Position numbers and translations under genes: made by a program
Assembly (NCBI GenBank): GCA_044892525.1
Contig: CM097886.1
Location: 30,070,001-30,134,000 of the forward strand
DNA length: 64,000 nucleotides
DNA from: Schmidtea polychroa
Taxonomy: Eukaryota
Reading direction: 5' to 3'
The notes under the pieces: generated by a model
Database searches by the model: none
Told to the model about the DNA's origin: nothing
The model's input: the letters and a program-made list of their open reading frames with translations, nothing else
Part shown: positions 1-12,991 of the stretch, piece after piece
Layout: each line of letters begins with the position of its first letter
Numbering within the stretch: position 1 is the first letter of the stretch

Positions 1-1
1 G

Positions 2-202
2 CTCCGTACGCGGTATATTTGGCACCGCATCCACGACTGGAATCGTGGATTGGACCTGGACAACTTTGGCCCCGTCATCAGAAGTGGCCCGGAACCGGAT
101 GCCCCGGCATGGGTGAAAACGGAGCCGGAGAACAACACACTCCGAGAGGCCCGAGATCAAGCGGCCTGGGACGTGGAAGCCGCTCAGATCCGGCTTATTT
201 GA
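2..202 (+). CDS. 3' end of an unidentified GC-rich ORF running off the window edge
   Basis: Frame 2 is open from base 2 to TGA 200-202 (LRTRYIWHRIHDWNRGLDLDNFGPVIRSGPEPDAPAWVKTEPENNTLREARDQAAWDVEAAQIRLI) and looks more protein-like than the listed 19..258 ORF. No family recognised. Confidence 0.3.
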   Translation, partial: LRTRYIWHRIHDWNRGLDLDNFGPVIRSGPEPDAPAWVKTEPENNTLREARDQAAWDVEAAQIRLI

Positions 203-1326
203 CAATGTTAGTTAAATATCGAAAATGGCCAGGAAAATGGTTTGAGTTAGAAAATTAAAATTTCGAAAAAATATTAGAAAATTTTTAAATAAAAGTTTGA
301 ATCATGGTGGAAGAGGGGTTAAGTCTAAGTTGAANNNNNNNNNNNNNNNNNNNNNNNNNNNNNNNNNNNNNNNNNNNNNNNNNNNNNNNNNNNNNNNNNN
401 NNNNNNNNNNNNNNNNNNNNNNNNNNNNNNNNNNNNNNNNNNNNNNNNNNNNNNNNNNNNNNNNNNNNNNNNNNNNNNNNNNNNNNNNNNNNNNNNNNNN
501 NNNNNNNNNNNNNNNNNNNNNNNNNNNNNNNNNNTCAATCCGCAAAATTAACTTTTCTTCTACTAACTTAATACTTATGTTGGGCTGAGAAGTAAGACAA
601 AAATAAGTTATGAAATAGCACAAATAAGAAAAAAGATAAAAAGAACAATAAGAAACAATAAAAAATACCACAAAAATTAAAAAACAAATTAGAAAATAAA
701 AATAAATAAGTACAATAATTAAATAAAAACATCGAAAAATAGAACATAGAATTAAAACAAGAATCAAAATTTAAAAGCCGATCAAAGTGGAAAAACAACA
801 CAAAAAATATGCAGTTAATGGAAAAAATTTGGAAAATTAATAAAATTATAAGAAAAAGTAAAGAAAACTGGAAAAAACCAATAAAATATATAGATTTTAA
901 TTAAATTAAAAAAATTAACGGCGCCTCGATTTTGATTGGCCCGCTCGTTTCACAATTAACTATTTAAACACAGCACTGAATTGAAAATGTCAGTGTTAAA
1001 AAACCATCCAACTTTAGGTAAGTTACATTACGAATAAAGTCAGTGTTTAAAAACCATCTAACTTTAGCTTTACGGACAATCCACATTCAGCAACTGACTA
1101 CCCAAATCTTTAGGAACACTCTACTAATTCACACAGCCAACAGATCACTCGAGGATTCAACATTTTGAGAGCAAACTTTTCGAAAGGAGATCTATTCTAT
1201 TGTTCAGGCAGACAGTAAACCTTTTATTTGTACGTTGCATGGATTTTTTAACACATTTACAAATGTAAAACAATTTAAAGATTCGTAAAAATATTAAACA
1301 TTAATGGTTCGTTTTCTTTTCTGTTA

Positions 1327-1453
1327 TTTCATAAGTAAATGATTATTGAATATTTATTTTATTTCATAAGTAAATGCATATTGAATATTTATTTTATTTC
1401 ATAAGTGAATGCATATTGAATATTTATTTTGTTTCATAAGTAAATTCATATTT
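1327..1453. repeat. 35-bp tandem repeat, about 3.6 copies
   Basis: TTTCATAAGT(A/G)AAT...TTGAATATTTATTT units start at 1327, 1362, 1397 and 1432. Confidence 0.8.
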
Positions 1454-1770
1454 ATTAAACATAATCATGATTTATTTAAAAAAGAAAGATCAAATAATGA
1501 AACATTTTATTGAAGCTCCTATGGTATTATATTTTCTGATATTCCACGAAACTGGTATTTGAAAGGCCACAGCTTGAGGGGCATTCGTTGTTCCTTTTGC
1601 GAGCAGGTCAATCACTGTTTCAGAATCGCGGTGGAATAGATCGGGTCATCGCAAGGGTTTCCCCCTGATCTGTCACCTCCAGGAGATTTTTTTTGATAAT
1701 CCTAACAATGAGAATAATATTGTTGGGTTTGATGATATCAAAATCAACCGTTGGTTACTCTGACTCCACG

Positions 1771-2594
1771 TGTTCCAAAATCATTAAACACAAACTCCCA
1801 ACGTATATTTGTTTTATAAAAATTTACAACTCTCACAATTAATTACATAGCTGGTCAACCACAATTCTCACGCAATTTCAGATCGGACTCTGCTCTGGAA
1901 GGTCTCAACCTTGTACGATTAAAAATTAAGTTTCACCTTTTGATTTAGTTCCACTCTCTGATCCAATTTCTTTTGAAGCTGCTTGTCTAACTCGTTAATT
2001 TTTCCTATAATTCTTTTTCTTCTTTTATTCTATTCCTCTAACTCCTAATGTCGGTTTCTTCTTCCCTACCTAAGGCTATTGCCCATTATGTGAATTTGTA
2101 GTTTCTTTAAATACTCTCATAATCGTTGTAATTGCCCTATTTTTGATCTAATTTGTTTTGACTTCCTTAGTTATCATTCGCAAATTAGCTATTTCTGTTG
2201 ACCCTCTTCCTGATTCCCCTTCTTTTGTTTAGCCTCGTTTATCCGGCTGTTTGGATAATTGCTCTCTGACTTCCCCATTTGTTTATCCTCCCAAATTGCC
2301 GCGCTCGGGTTTTCTTCATCGCTCGGGTTTTCCATTGGCTCGGGCTTTCATTGTTTTGTTAGCTCGGGTTTAACATTAGTCAATTAATTAATTAATTAAT
2401 ATTTTGTGTGTTTTTATTTGCCTGGTTTACGACCCTTTCTAAACATTTTCTAACAATTTCGTGCTCACTGTCTTCCTCACCATCCCCTAATCGACCCCTC
2501 TCCAATTTTCCAGTTTCAATTTCGATAACTTTTCACTTTATTCTACGTTCTGTTTTTATCATATTTTTCTTTGCCATTGCTTCTCTGCTTGACC
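1771..2594 (-). mobile_element. Long LTR-like repeat, inverted diverged copy of 38684-39540
   Basis: The reverse complement aligns along its length with 38684-39540 (shared blocks include GTACAAGGTTGAGACCTTCCAGAGC and CAAATATACGTTGGGAGTTTGTGTTTA). It ends in CA and is followed on the minus strand by a PBS-like TGGAGTCAGAGT. Confidence 0.6.
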
Positions 2595-2707
2595 GCCATT
2601 CAATTTCGGTTTTCCTTTTAATCTGAACTATATAATGTAATAATTTACTTTCAAACCTCAACAATATTGTGTAATCGTGAAGATAATCCTGCAATGGCTA
2701 TTTTTAG

Positions 2708-3390
2708 AATCAGAATCACGGCGAGAATTTCCTCAGCCACATAATCAGACAATTATCTGCATCCACAATTATTCTTCAGTTCAAATTTTTGATTGGCTGT
2801 TTTGTCTATCGCGAAATTCTGTTAATGAAAAAATCAATTTTATTTCTTTTTTACATTCCATGATTCTCGTTTAAATCATATTTCATTCAAGCAAATAGTT
2901 CAGAATCCACGGTCTTCAAATGATGTAATTAATAGAAATTGTATTGTTGAGACTTCAAATTTGACACAAAGTAAGGATAACATAAATCAGAATCACTGCG
3001 AGAATTTCCTCAGCCACATAATCAGACAATTATCTGCATCCACAATTATTTTTCTCTTCAAATTTTTGATTGTCTGTTTTGTCTATCGCGATATTCTGTT
3101 AATGAAAAAATCAACTTTCTAATTTTCATTTCATGATTCTCTTTTAAATCATATTTCATTCAAGCAAATAGTTCAGAATCCACGGTCTTCAAATTATGTA
3201 ATTAATGGAAATTTTATTGTTGAAACTTCAAATTTGACACAAAGTAAGGATAACAGAAATATGAATTGTAATAATTGTTTATTTATGGATAAAATTTAAT
3301 TCTCGTTTAAACCATATTTCATTCCAGAAAATGGTTCAGAATTCACGGTCTTCAAATACTGTAATTAATGAAGTTTTATTGCTGCAACTT
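2708..3390. repeat. About 277-bp tandem duplication with a partial third copy
   Basis: AATCAGAATCAC...GTAAGGATAAC copies start at 2708 and 2985; a partial copy lies near 3290-3390. Confidence 0.85.
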
Positions 3391-3486
3391 CAAACGTAAT
3401 CGTAGAATGATCCATATGAATTAATTTCATGACATATATTCCAGTTATTTCATAAATTTTGTAAAACACAACTTCTGGAGCACAAT

Positions 3487-4385
3487 CAGGGATGCTTTCC
3501 TACCGGTTCGCACCGGTTCGTGCGAACCGTTAGATGTAAATTATATGGTTTGTGCGAACCGCCTATTAAAATAAGCGAAAAAAAAATACACAAAAAAAAA
3601 TTATTTAAATAAAATTTATTTACCATTTGGTGCAAATTTATATAAACAGTCTGAAAATTTTATCTAGTTTTCATTGCGATTCTAATTTTTTACTTTATAG
3701 AAATCTTTCAGTTAATTTAAAAAAATTAAAAAAATTTTAAATTTTATCAAGTTACTATAGATAGATATATATACGTAGAAGTTAAATCTAAATATTTGAT
3801 TTTATCAGTTATTATTTGTTTTGTTCTGTTCAGTTTTTATACATTTAAGTTAATTATTTTTCTAATAAAACCGAAGATTTTTCAAAAATTTAATAAGGTA
3901 AGTTCAATTAACTATTTTCATGCTTTAAGTTAAAAAATTTATTTTTAAATACCTATTTTATTTTTTGAAGATGAAGAGACAAAATATGTTAACCACATAT
4001 TTCTCGAAAAAAATGAGAGAGGAAACATCAGTAAGTAATGATAGCAGGTCGACTATAACAGAGACAGAAGCAGTTTCAATAACTTTACAGGAACAAATAC
4101 TAGAGATTCCCAGTTCCCAAAATGAGGACAATAATAATTTACAAAGCTGTTGGAATGCGAAACAGTTGAAGGAGTTTAAAATTAAATATGATGGGCTATT
4201 TGTCAGTAATCAGAAATTGGGATGTGAGTATTGTTTGAAAACGGAATCAAAACTTATATCTCAGGAATGGAAAAAATGTAAAGTTACGACATCGGGGAAA
4301 GACAAAATAGTGCAACAAGCATCTTTAAGGAAAGAAATGAGTGAATATTTTGCATCAAAAGCACACAAACTAGCTGTTATTCAAA
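3487..4385 (+). mobile_element. 5' fragment of a hAT transposon (KIAA1586/ZNF862-like transposase N-terminus)
   Basis: CAGGGATG terminus with ACCGGTTC subterminal repeats. ORF 3965-4456 contains KLGCEYC...SQEW...QQASLRKEMSEYFASKAH and then runs into unrelated sequence. Confidence 0.6.
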
Positions 4386-4633
4386 TTAATAGATTGTTCA
4401 ACTTTGGTAGCGATAGTAAGACTTTGAACTTGAATATCTTTGATATTATATTGTAAATTCTCGAATTCGATAGGTTTCTTACAACCCATTATACGACATT
4501 TACCATTTTTGAAAAATATAATAGTATATTTTCCAGTTTTGTCAATATATTGTTGTGGTTTACACTTGGGAAAATTCATCATACCAACAGTTTCCAAAGA
4601 CACACGACCCCTATAATTAATATTTGTCAACAT
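4370..4633 (-). CDS. TBP-like (TATA-box-binding-protein fold) ORF, C-terminally truncated
   Basis: LTNINY..., YTIIFFKNGKCRIMGCK and IQVQSLTIATKVEQSINL match in order the TBP motifs LQNIVS, TALIFSSGKMVCTGAK and FKIQNMVGSCDVKFPIRL (recalled sequence). Confidence 0.6.
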   Translation of the reverse strand: MLTNINYRGRVSLETVGMMNFPKCKPQQYIDKTGKYTIIFFKNGKCRIMGCKKPIEFENLQYNIKDIQVQSLTIATKVEQSINLNNS

Positions 4634-4740
4634 ATCTAGTGAATATTTATAAAAATTGAGTATATATATATTAATAGTATAATTAAATATTCTATCATTT
4701 ACGATATAAACAATATCAATTTTTAAATATACATATTAAA

Positions 4741-5367
4741 ATGGAACTAAGAAATGATGCTGTTTATCAAATAGTCGGACCAAGTGGTAGTGAAAAAACT
4801 TTGTTTGTTTGCAAATTACTAAAATCACATTTATTCAAATCAAAATTTAACAAAATTTATTAGCATAGAGGTGCTGATGAAGAACACGGATTGACTCAGG
4901 ATAATTTCTGTAAATTAAAACGTATGAAAATAGTAAAGGGATTTGATAAAAAGTGGTACAGTAGACTAAAGAAGGGAGATGTCATAATTAATAATGATTT
5001 GTATCAAGAAGCTAATAAAGAAAAGAATTTCAATAATTTATTTACCAAAATCAGTTGACACGTGAGTGTAACGGTTATTTTTATAACTCAAAATTTATTT
5101 CATCAGGGCGGTGCGCATAGAACTCGTAATTTAAATGTTCAATATTTGGTCGTTTTTAAAAACCCTAGAGATGCAACAGGTATTGATTTTCTTGCAAGAC
5201 AGGCATATCCATATAATCGTAATTTTCTGATAAATACATTTCAAGATGCTACAAAACAACCTCATGGATATATATTTCTTGATTTCACTCAACAATGTCC
5301 TGATGATTTACGAGTGAGAACCGATATTTTCAATAAAGAAGGGTCAATGGTTTATAAACAAAGTTGA
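4741..5367 (+). pseudogene. Polinton A32/FtsK-type packaging ATPase
   Basis: ATG 4741; Walker A-like GPSGSEKT; Walker B-like VIIINDL; IFITQNLF, YLVVFKNPRD and HGYIFLDFTQ motifs; two in-frame stops. Confidence 0.9.
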
Positions 5368-5385
5368 AACCATGTTTAACTGATC

Positions 5386-5890
5386 ATGTTTTTGAGAGCG
5401 AGAGTTAAAATGTTTGGAAAAGGTACTGAAAAAGAAAAAATTAAAGTTACACCAAAAACAAGTTATACACCTCCTAAAATACTTGTTACAGAAAATTTTC
5501 CATCAATGAATCTCATCTCAAAAAATCCAAAACCTAAACCAATAAAAAAGCTTAAACAAGTAAAAACAGTAAAAAATCATCGTAGTTTTCCATTTTTTAA
5601 TGCATTGTTAAAGGCACCGAGCATGAAAAGAATGACTATTTTACACACATTTCCTAATTATGTTGTCGATGATTTACTTGATATTATACTCAAAGTAGTC
5701 AAAGGCAAGAATTAGCAAATCTGACAAAATTATTTTAAAAAAGTACCAGAAACCTCTTTTGATGCTAGTCAATAATAAAAATCGCAAACAAATGAGAAAA
5801 ATTATATATAAACAACAAGGAGGGTTTATTGCTGCATTAATACCATTGGCATTATCATTATTAGGCGGAGCAGGTCTATTAAATCATCAT
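5386..5890 (+). pseudogene. Polinton basic core-like protein with QQGGF tail
   Basis: Lys-rich ORF 5386-5715, followed after stops/frameshift by KQQGGFIAALIPLALSLLGG, the typical Polinton small-protein C-terminus. Confidence 0.6.
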
Positions 5891-5959
5891 AAACAATGGG
5901 TTCTAATCCTTCCTTACCTAATTTAAAATTTGATTTCAAATCTTCATGTTGTAATGGAG

Positions 5960-6687
5960 AAGATATGGACGAACCCAAAAGACGAAGCAGGTTTTGGTGG
6001 AGTCGAAAAGTTAATATTTGTACTATCAAATTCATTATTTTTCTTTAGGAAAGGAATTTTACAACAGTAAAGTGAAACAAATCCTGGATAAACTCAAAAT
6101 CAATCATTACTCTGTGCATTCTCAATTCAAAGCCGCTCATGTTGAAAGATTTAATCGAACCTTGAGAGATAAGCTAAAATAATTGTTTGTGCATCAAGGT
6201 AATAAGATGTGGATAAATATTTTGCCTAAAATTATATGTGGTTATAATCATTCATCGCATCAAGGTTTGAAAGGTTTAAGACGTGTAGATATTTCATCAT
6301 AACAATCTATTGATTTACAGTTTTCGAAAAAGGCTGAAAAAATTAAAAAAACCAAAATATAAAATCGGTGATCACGTTAGAATTAGTAGAATTAGTGCAT
6401 CTCCATTCATAAAAAAATTTGATACAAACTGGAGTGATAACGTCTTTGTAATTTCGAAAATCAACACTAAACAATATCCAGTAATGTATGTCATTAAAGA
6501 CTATGATCAAAATATTGTACAAGGGAAATTTTATGAACAAGAATTACAAGTCATTCCTTCACCAAAGGTTTTTAGAATTCAAAAAATATTGAAAATTATA
6601 GAGAATGGTGAGGATAAACAATACTATGTGAAATGGCATGGATATCAAAACCCTACGTGGATATCAGCAAAAGATTTAGTAAAGTAA
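5960..6687 (+). pseudogene. Polinton retroviral-like integrase with C-terminal chromodomain-like region
   Basis: KAAHVERFNRTLRDKL, GYNHSSH, YKIGDHVRISR, QGKFYEQELQ and YYVKWHGY motifs; stops and frameshifts. Confidence 0.9.
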
Positions 6688-6920
6688 ATTTTTATACTCT
6701 TTTACCCAGCAATAGTTGTCCTCTTATTCATCCAGATAATGAAGCAAGTAAATTTATGGTAGAACTACAAAATCTAATTTATTTACATGGTGAGTGGGAA
6801 GTGGCGTTATTGGATTTCACATTTGTGTACTAGACATTTCCATTTTACAGTAAATCCAGAATCGAATATAAAAAGAAAGAGACGCAAAGAAATATCTCTT
6901 TTGTCATTGATAATGTAGAA

Positions 6921-9592
6921 CAGTGTTTCCCAAAGTGGGCGATATCGCCCCCCCCCTGGGGGCGGTAGAGCTATCCAGGGGGGCGACAGTAGCCGACAGT
7001 ACAATTGGGGGTCGTTGAATAAAAATATAGGGGCGGTGGAAGCATTAAGAAAATTAAAAAAAACTCGTGTTCGCACAATGTTGTTAAATTACAGTTAAAT
7101 TTTTAATGAATACGTTATTTTACAATACATTTGTTCCATGTAAAAAAAATTGTGTAAAAAAAGCTCATATGAAAGTCACATTTTTCTGTCACTTTTCTCT
7201 CGCAATTTCATTAAATCTATGCACTTTTTTGCACGATCGTGTGAAAAAAGAGTTAAAAAAATTCGTGTGAAAAAAGAGTTAAATGTAGGCGACATACGTG
7301 AAATCTAATTCATTATTGTTTCTAAATTGTGTGTGACAAGTAATTAACAATATTGCAAATGATATAAGTGATTATGAATTTGAATTTATATTGATCACTT
7401 TTATCTTTTTGGTTAAATATATATTTATTACATGTGATTATTTTAAACATATTTTCTCTCATAACTCTGTAAGTTTTTGTGTCTTCTAGTATTTATTAGT
7501 ATTTTAGTTAAAACCCGTTATTTTTAATTTTATATCACCATAATTTTTTATAGATAATATCATGAGTGGACCTAAGAAAAAATGTAGACAATATAGTGTT
7601 GAATACTTGAAATTTGGCTTTATTCAGTCGTCCACAAACCAAACATTACCAATGTGCCTGATATGCCAAAAAGTTTTATCAAATGAAGCTATGAAGCCTT
7701 CAAGAATGCAAGAACATTTAAAGAAAGTTCATGTTGATAAAAAAGATAAAGATTTATCATATTTCCAATCACTAAAAGACAAATTTATGAAACAACCGTC
7801 ATTGCAAATCTATTTTCAGTAGCATTCAAACAAGATGACGATGGTCTGCGTGCTTCTTACAATATATCGTTATTGATTGCTAAATCAGGAAAACCTCATA
7901 CTGTTGGTGAACAACTAATTCTACCGGCTATAAGTGAGGTAATTCGAACTATGCTACATAAGCCAGCATCTGATATTATCAAGAAAATTCCTTTGAGCAA
8001 TAATACAGTGCAAAGAAGAATTGATGAAATGGCTCAAGATGTTGAATACTCGCTATATAATTATCTAAAAACAGCCCAGCATTTCTCTATACAGCTTGAT
8101 GAGTCAACTTTGCCAGGAAATGAAGCCTTACTTTTAGCTTACGTGCGATTCATAAAAGAAGAAAAAATTTGCCAACAGTTATTATTGGCAAAAATTTGCA
8201 GACTGATACTAAAGGAGAGTCGATATTTCATGAATTGGACGAGTTTTTTAAAGAAAAAGAAATCCCCCTGAGTAATATCTTATCAGCTGCTACTGATGGT
8301 GCTCCAGCGATGGTAGGGCGCTACAGAGGGTTTCTTGCTTATTTAAAAAAAGCGGTGCCGAATGTATTAACTATACACTGTGTCATTCATCGTCAACATT
8401 TAGTTGCCAAAAATCTGAGTGAACGTCTACATAGGTCATTGCATTATGTCATTAAAGCAATTAACAAAATAAGAAGCAATTCATTGAATGACAGATTGTT
8501 TAGACAACTTTGTAGTGAAAACGATGAAGAATTTAATCGCTTGCTGCTTCATACAGAAGTTCGTTGGCTGTCAAAAGGTGCCTGTTTGGCTAGGTTCTAT
8601 AAACTCTTTGACCTAGTGCTAGTGTTCCTAGAAAACAAAGATGATGCTTTACGAGCCAAATTGATTGATTCAAAAAATGACGTAGCTTATTTGACAGATT
8701 TGTTTCACAAATTTAATGAATCAAATCTACAGCTCCAAGGCGATGACCTGAACTTAATTAAAACAAAAACGGTTATTTCTTCATTTGTAGCAAAACTTCT
8801 TCTGTACAAACGAAATTTGGGAAGAGGAGAATTCAGCCAGTTTCCAAATTTATCAACAGTGGAAAAACATGATGAAGACTTGATTGCTTATTGCCAGCAC
8901 TTGGAGGCTCTTCATTCTGACTTCAATACACGATTTGAAGATATTCTTAAAATGAACATACCCGATTGGGTTTTGGACCCTTTTTCAAATGCAAATACAG
9001 AAGAATCTCCAAAATTACAAGAAGAACTGATAGAAATAACAACAAATGAGGAATTAAAATTTAAATTCAAAAACGGCTACCAGTTGTTTTGGCTGCAAAA
9101 GCAAATACCCACGCTTTATCCTGGATTATAGGCTATCGTACAGAAGTTCGTACAGAAGCCTTTCTATCATCTTATTTAGTGGAACGTGGTTTCAGTGCGG
9201 TCACAAATATGCTTACCAAAAAGAGAAACCGACTGCAAATAACTAATCGTGGTGATTTAAGAATGCTTCTGACAGAAATAGAGCCAAATGTAAATAAATT
9301 GGTAGCAGTACACCAGGTTCATCCTTCTCATTAGGATTAATATTAATTTTCTATGTATTAAAAATGAATTTCTTTGATTTAATAAATAATTTTATAATTT
9401 GAAAGTCAAGGTGCCTTATAACAACATCTTTCTTTATTTTGTCCCCTAGGTACAAATATAGATACATAAAAAACCCACTGTAAATTTTAGTTCGTTTGCT
9501 TAAATCCTTAAATAATGAAGAGTTCCAGGGGGCGTTAAGTAATTTTTTTTATGAAAAAGGGGCAGTAGGCCAAAAAAGTTTGGGAAACTATG
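6921..9592 (+). mobile_element. hAT transposon, Buster/Charlie (ZBED5/SCAND3-like) type
   Basis: TIRs CAGTGTTTCCCAAA / TTTGGGAAACTATG; perfect 8-bp TSD ATGTAGAA (6913-6920, 9593-9600) with central TA. Confidence 0.95.
7562..9334 (+). pseudogene. Buster-type hAT transposase, frameshifted
   Basis: BED-type CLIC...MKPSRMQEHL; FSIQLDESTL; ATDGAPAM; HCVIHRQHL; HTEVRWLS; SSYLVERGFS; spread over four ORFs. Confidence 0.93.
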
Positions 9593-10360
9593 ATGTAGAA
9601 GATCGAATTGATATTGGTCCTTCCGATTCAATTGTCAAAATGTATATTGATCGTCAATATTTAATAGTTGAATGTAAATATCATAGTAAATAGTTTGACA
9701 ATGGCAAACGATTGGAATTAACAACTCAGAGTAACAGAAATCATACCAATATATTCCAAGTACTACGGCCGGGATTTACCAAAGTAGCAGCGCGATATGA
9801 AACAATATCAATGAAATTTGAGTTTGAGGGTGAAACTGAAAATACATATACATTTAATGACAATTTATACATAACCAAACTCGATGAATCGCAAACATAT
9901 TTAATTCAAAATTGTGGATATATTTTCAAATCTCTAGAACTTCAAGAAAATAAATATTTCAGATTCTCTTTGAATAATGACATTTCTGAAATTACCTTTG
10001 ACAAAAACCTGATAAAAACATTAGGGTTACCTAAAGCAACATATCTGCAAGACGATAAAATTAATGAAGGATCAAGTAAACCGGCATTAATTAAACTTCA
10101 TCATCAAATGTTCATCTATACTAATATTATTGAACCCATAATTGTTGGTGATTCCGCGGTTCCTCTATTGAAATCTATTTGGATTGAGAAACATGACCAA
10201 GATGATGTTGTACAAATAATAATGGAAAATCCGATGTATTTACCGGTTTCAACCTCGTGTATAAACTATATAGAAATAAATATACGCGATGATTTTGGTA
10301 AATTAATCGATTTTGCACAAGATTCAAAAACTCATTTGACGCTACATTTTCGTAAAGTCG

Positions 10361-10735
10361 ATGGCTAATTCCGATATCATTAGTATGTATAGTGGTAGCC
10401 AAGCTGGTGGTGAATTACCATGTTTTATTGGTAAACAATATGGATCCGGTTGGTTGCGGACGATTGGTAGATTTGCACTCCCGATTCTTAAACGTATAGG
10501 TATTTTTGGTATGAAAACTGCTAAAGATGTCATTATGAATGATCAAAAGATTTTACCATCTCTGAAAACTAATGCCTTATCCGAACTAGGAAAAGTTTTA
10601 CCGGGTGTCGCGGGCATGTTTCAAAAAGAAGAAAAAACAGAACCACCTCCAGCAAATGTTCCAAAACGTAAAAGACACAGGTCATCATATATAAACAAAG
10701 GGATGAGAGGACATGGAACTATATTTGAAAAATGA
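10361..10735 (+). CDS. Polinton/adintovirus small virion protein (PW/pX-like)
   Basis: QAGG..P.F.G.QYGSGW..IGRFALPIL motif; lies between penton and major capsid with overlapping start/stop codons. Confidence 0.7.
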   Translation: MANSDIISMYSGSQAGGELPCFIGKQYGSGWLRTIGRFALPILKRIGIFGMKTAKDVIMNDQKILPSLKTNALSELGKVLPGVAGMFQKEEKTEPPPANVPKRKRHRSSYINKGMRGHGTIFEK

Positions 10736-11688
10736 TTTGCGGTAAATCTGAATTGTGTATATTTGATCGACCATCGTCTCAAGCTGTAATCGAATATGGA
10801 GCATTCGAAGAAGTTTTTCCAATGAACTCTATTACAGATAGTAGAAATGATGTGGAATTTTACATCAATGGTTCTCAAACTGAATATTTAGTTTTGAATG
10901 ATACGTTATTAACTGTTCAGATCAAGGTTATAGATAAAGAAAAAAAGGCATTGGGTGATGCTGATGCTACGATACCTAATAATTTCTTGTTTCATAGGCT
11001 TTTTAAAGATGCTATTCTTGGATTTAATAATATCAAGATTGAAGGTGGCAACAATACATATATTCACAAGGCGATAATAGAAACTATTTTAAATTAGAAT
11101 ACCGATACTAAAAATACATGTCTCCTATGGGCTATGCGGCAACTGATGACGAAAGAAAAAAGTGGATTAAGGGCTCAAAGATTTTTACCATGTGTTCATC
11201 ATTACAGCTAGACTTTCTAGATCAACCAAAATATTTACTTCCAGGAGTCAATGTGCACATTAGGTTGAAAAGAACCGATTCTGTGTTAGGTTCGATGGGT
11301 ATGTATTCGAACTAACACAAAAACGTTTATCTGACTCCAAAAATTTATAACGCGTGTAGGTAAATAAATAACAAATATGATTTAAAGATTTATTAAAAGT
11401 AAATATATATTTGTACACAATTGTTGATATTACAAAACAACCTATGTGCTTCTTAAAGGACAGAAAACGGTTATACAAACTAAGAATCAAGGCTGGCCCT
11501 AAATGCGCCAACAGCCCGATATAGGTGAACGGAAAAGAGATAGGGAAGTTTACCTAATTTTAACGCGATAGAGTCAACCCAGAAATCGGTTAACCCTTTA
11601 AATTATATCTGAAACGAGACAACAACAAGAATGATATGTGCTGACGTTACAATCCCCCTTAATATAATTTTTAAGTAATTGAATAAAT

Positions 11689-11729
<41 letters not shown>

Positions 11730-12178
11730 AAATCAAGAAATACTAGCTAATTATTTAATTCCAATAAAGGCGAGATAAACCACAGATTGGTTATCGAAAC
11801 TGCTACAAATATTCTCTTTTCTTCTTTAATTGTTACTCAATACTCCAATAGATACTGGAGTTTAGATATAGTATTAATGAAACAAAAATTCCAAGAAAAT
11901 TGTTAATCATCTTTCCAATCAATAAATTGACTATCAAATTAGTAGTGAATGTCGAATCAAACTTGAATGGCAAATCAGATAGCTGCTAGAAATTTCTGAA
12001 TCTAATAATAGCTGTTCCTTTCCGCTATTCTTGATCTTTTCTGTCGAGTACTATTTTTCTCTTCGTCCCTGTAGTCAAACCAATTAAATCAATATAAATA
12101 TTAAATTAATATTTATATTAATAATAACATATTTAAAAACTTTGTTTTAATATGTTATTAATTTGATAAAAATAGAAT

Positions 12179-12991
12179 TTGAAAAAGTCGTCTTACTTAT
12201 TAATAATAATGCAAATCAATGTAGAAGACAACATTGGTGTCAGAAGTGTGGCTCAAGAAAGTAGTCACATTCAAATGAAAATTTCAACATTTTTCGACAA
12301 TGTCGCAGTCTGGTTTCAACAAGTGGACGCAGCACTGGAACTGGCCTCAATCAGAAACGAAAAAACCAAATATTTTCACTTGTTAACCAGCTTACCATCT
12401 CGCGTTCTCGAAGAGTACTCGGATTTAATGGATCCACATATCAAGCAGCCATATTCAGCACTTAAAGAAGCAATTATTAATGACTCAAAAGGATCAACAA
12501 CGGAGGCAGCAAACAAACATTTACAGAAACAGGAACTTGGGGATCGGAAACCAAGCCAACTCCTTAGAGAATTAAAAAGAAACTATAAAATAATGGAACC
12601 CAATGGTGACCCAGAAACGAGCAAAATTCTCAGACATCAGTTCATTAACTCCATGCCAGTTCACATTCAATACCTTCTAATATCGAGCAAAGTTGGCATT
12701 GATGAGTTGGCCAACATCGCCAACTTGCACGTAAGCATCAATGATCAGCATATCTCACCGGTGGGAAGTCAAAATATTGCCGGAAACTTCCATCAGCTTG
12801 CAATAGAGAACCTGCAAGATCAAATCAATGCCATAAGGGCAAACGAAAGCTCTAGTCGAAAGGAACGTCATTCGAGTGAAGAAACAATATGTTATTTTCA
12901 CAGACGATTCGGAATAAAAGCCAGGAAATGCCAAAAACCGTGTTGCTGGTCTGATTCAGTTAAGTCGGGAAAAGGCCAAGGATCTCGTTAA
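12179..12991 (+). CDS. Gag of the gypsy element
   Basis: WFQQVD...KTKYFHLL, ELGDRKPSQLLREL and C.FHRRFG.KA.KC..PC motifs typical of this gypsy clade. Confidence 0.9.
   Translation: MKKSSYLLIIMQINVEDNIGVRSVAQESSHIQMKISTFFDNVAVWFQQVDAALELASIRNEKTKYFHLLTSLPSRVLEEYSDLMDPHIKQPYSALKEAIINDSKGSTTEAANKHLQKQELGDRKPSQLLRELKRNYKIMEPNGDPETSKILRHQFINSMPVHIQYLLISSKVGIDELANIANLHVSINDQHISPVGSQNIAGNFHQLAIENLQDQINAIRANESSSRKERHSSEETICYFHRRFGIKARKCQKPCCWSDSVKSGKGQGSR

Larger units (their letters stand above)
6685..10368 (+). pseudogene. Polinton minor capsid (penton), split by hAT insertion 6921-9592
   Basis: N-terminal FYTLLPSNS...GEWEVAL before the hAT; C-terminal FIYTNIIEPIIVGDSAVPLLK...IEINIRDDFG...LTLHFRK after it; sequence rejoins across the TSD ATGTAGAA. 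Confidence 0.85.
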
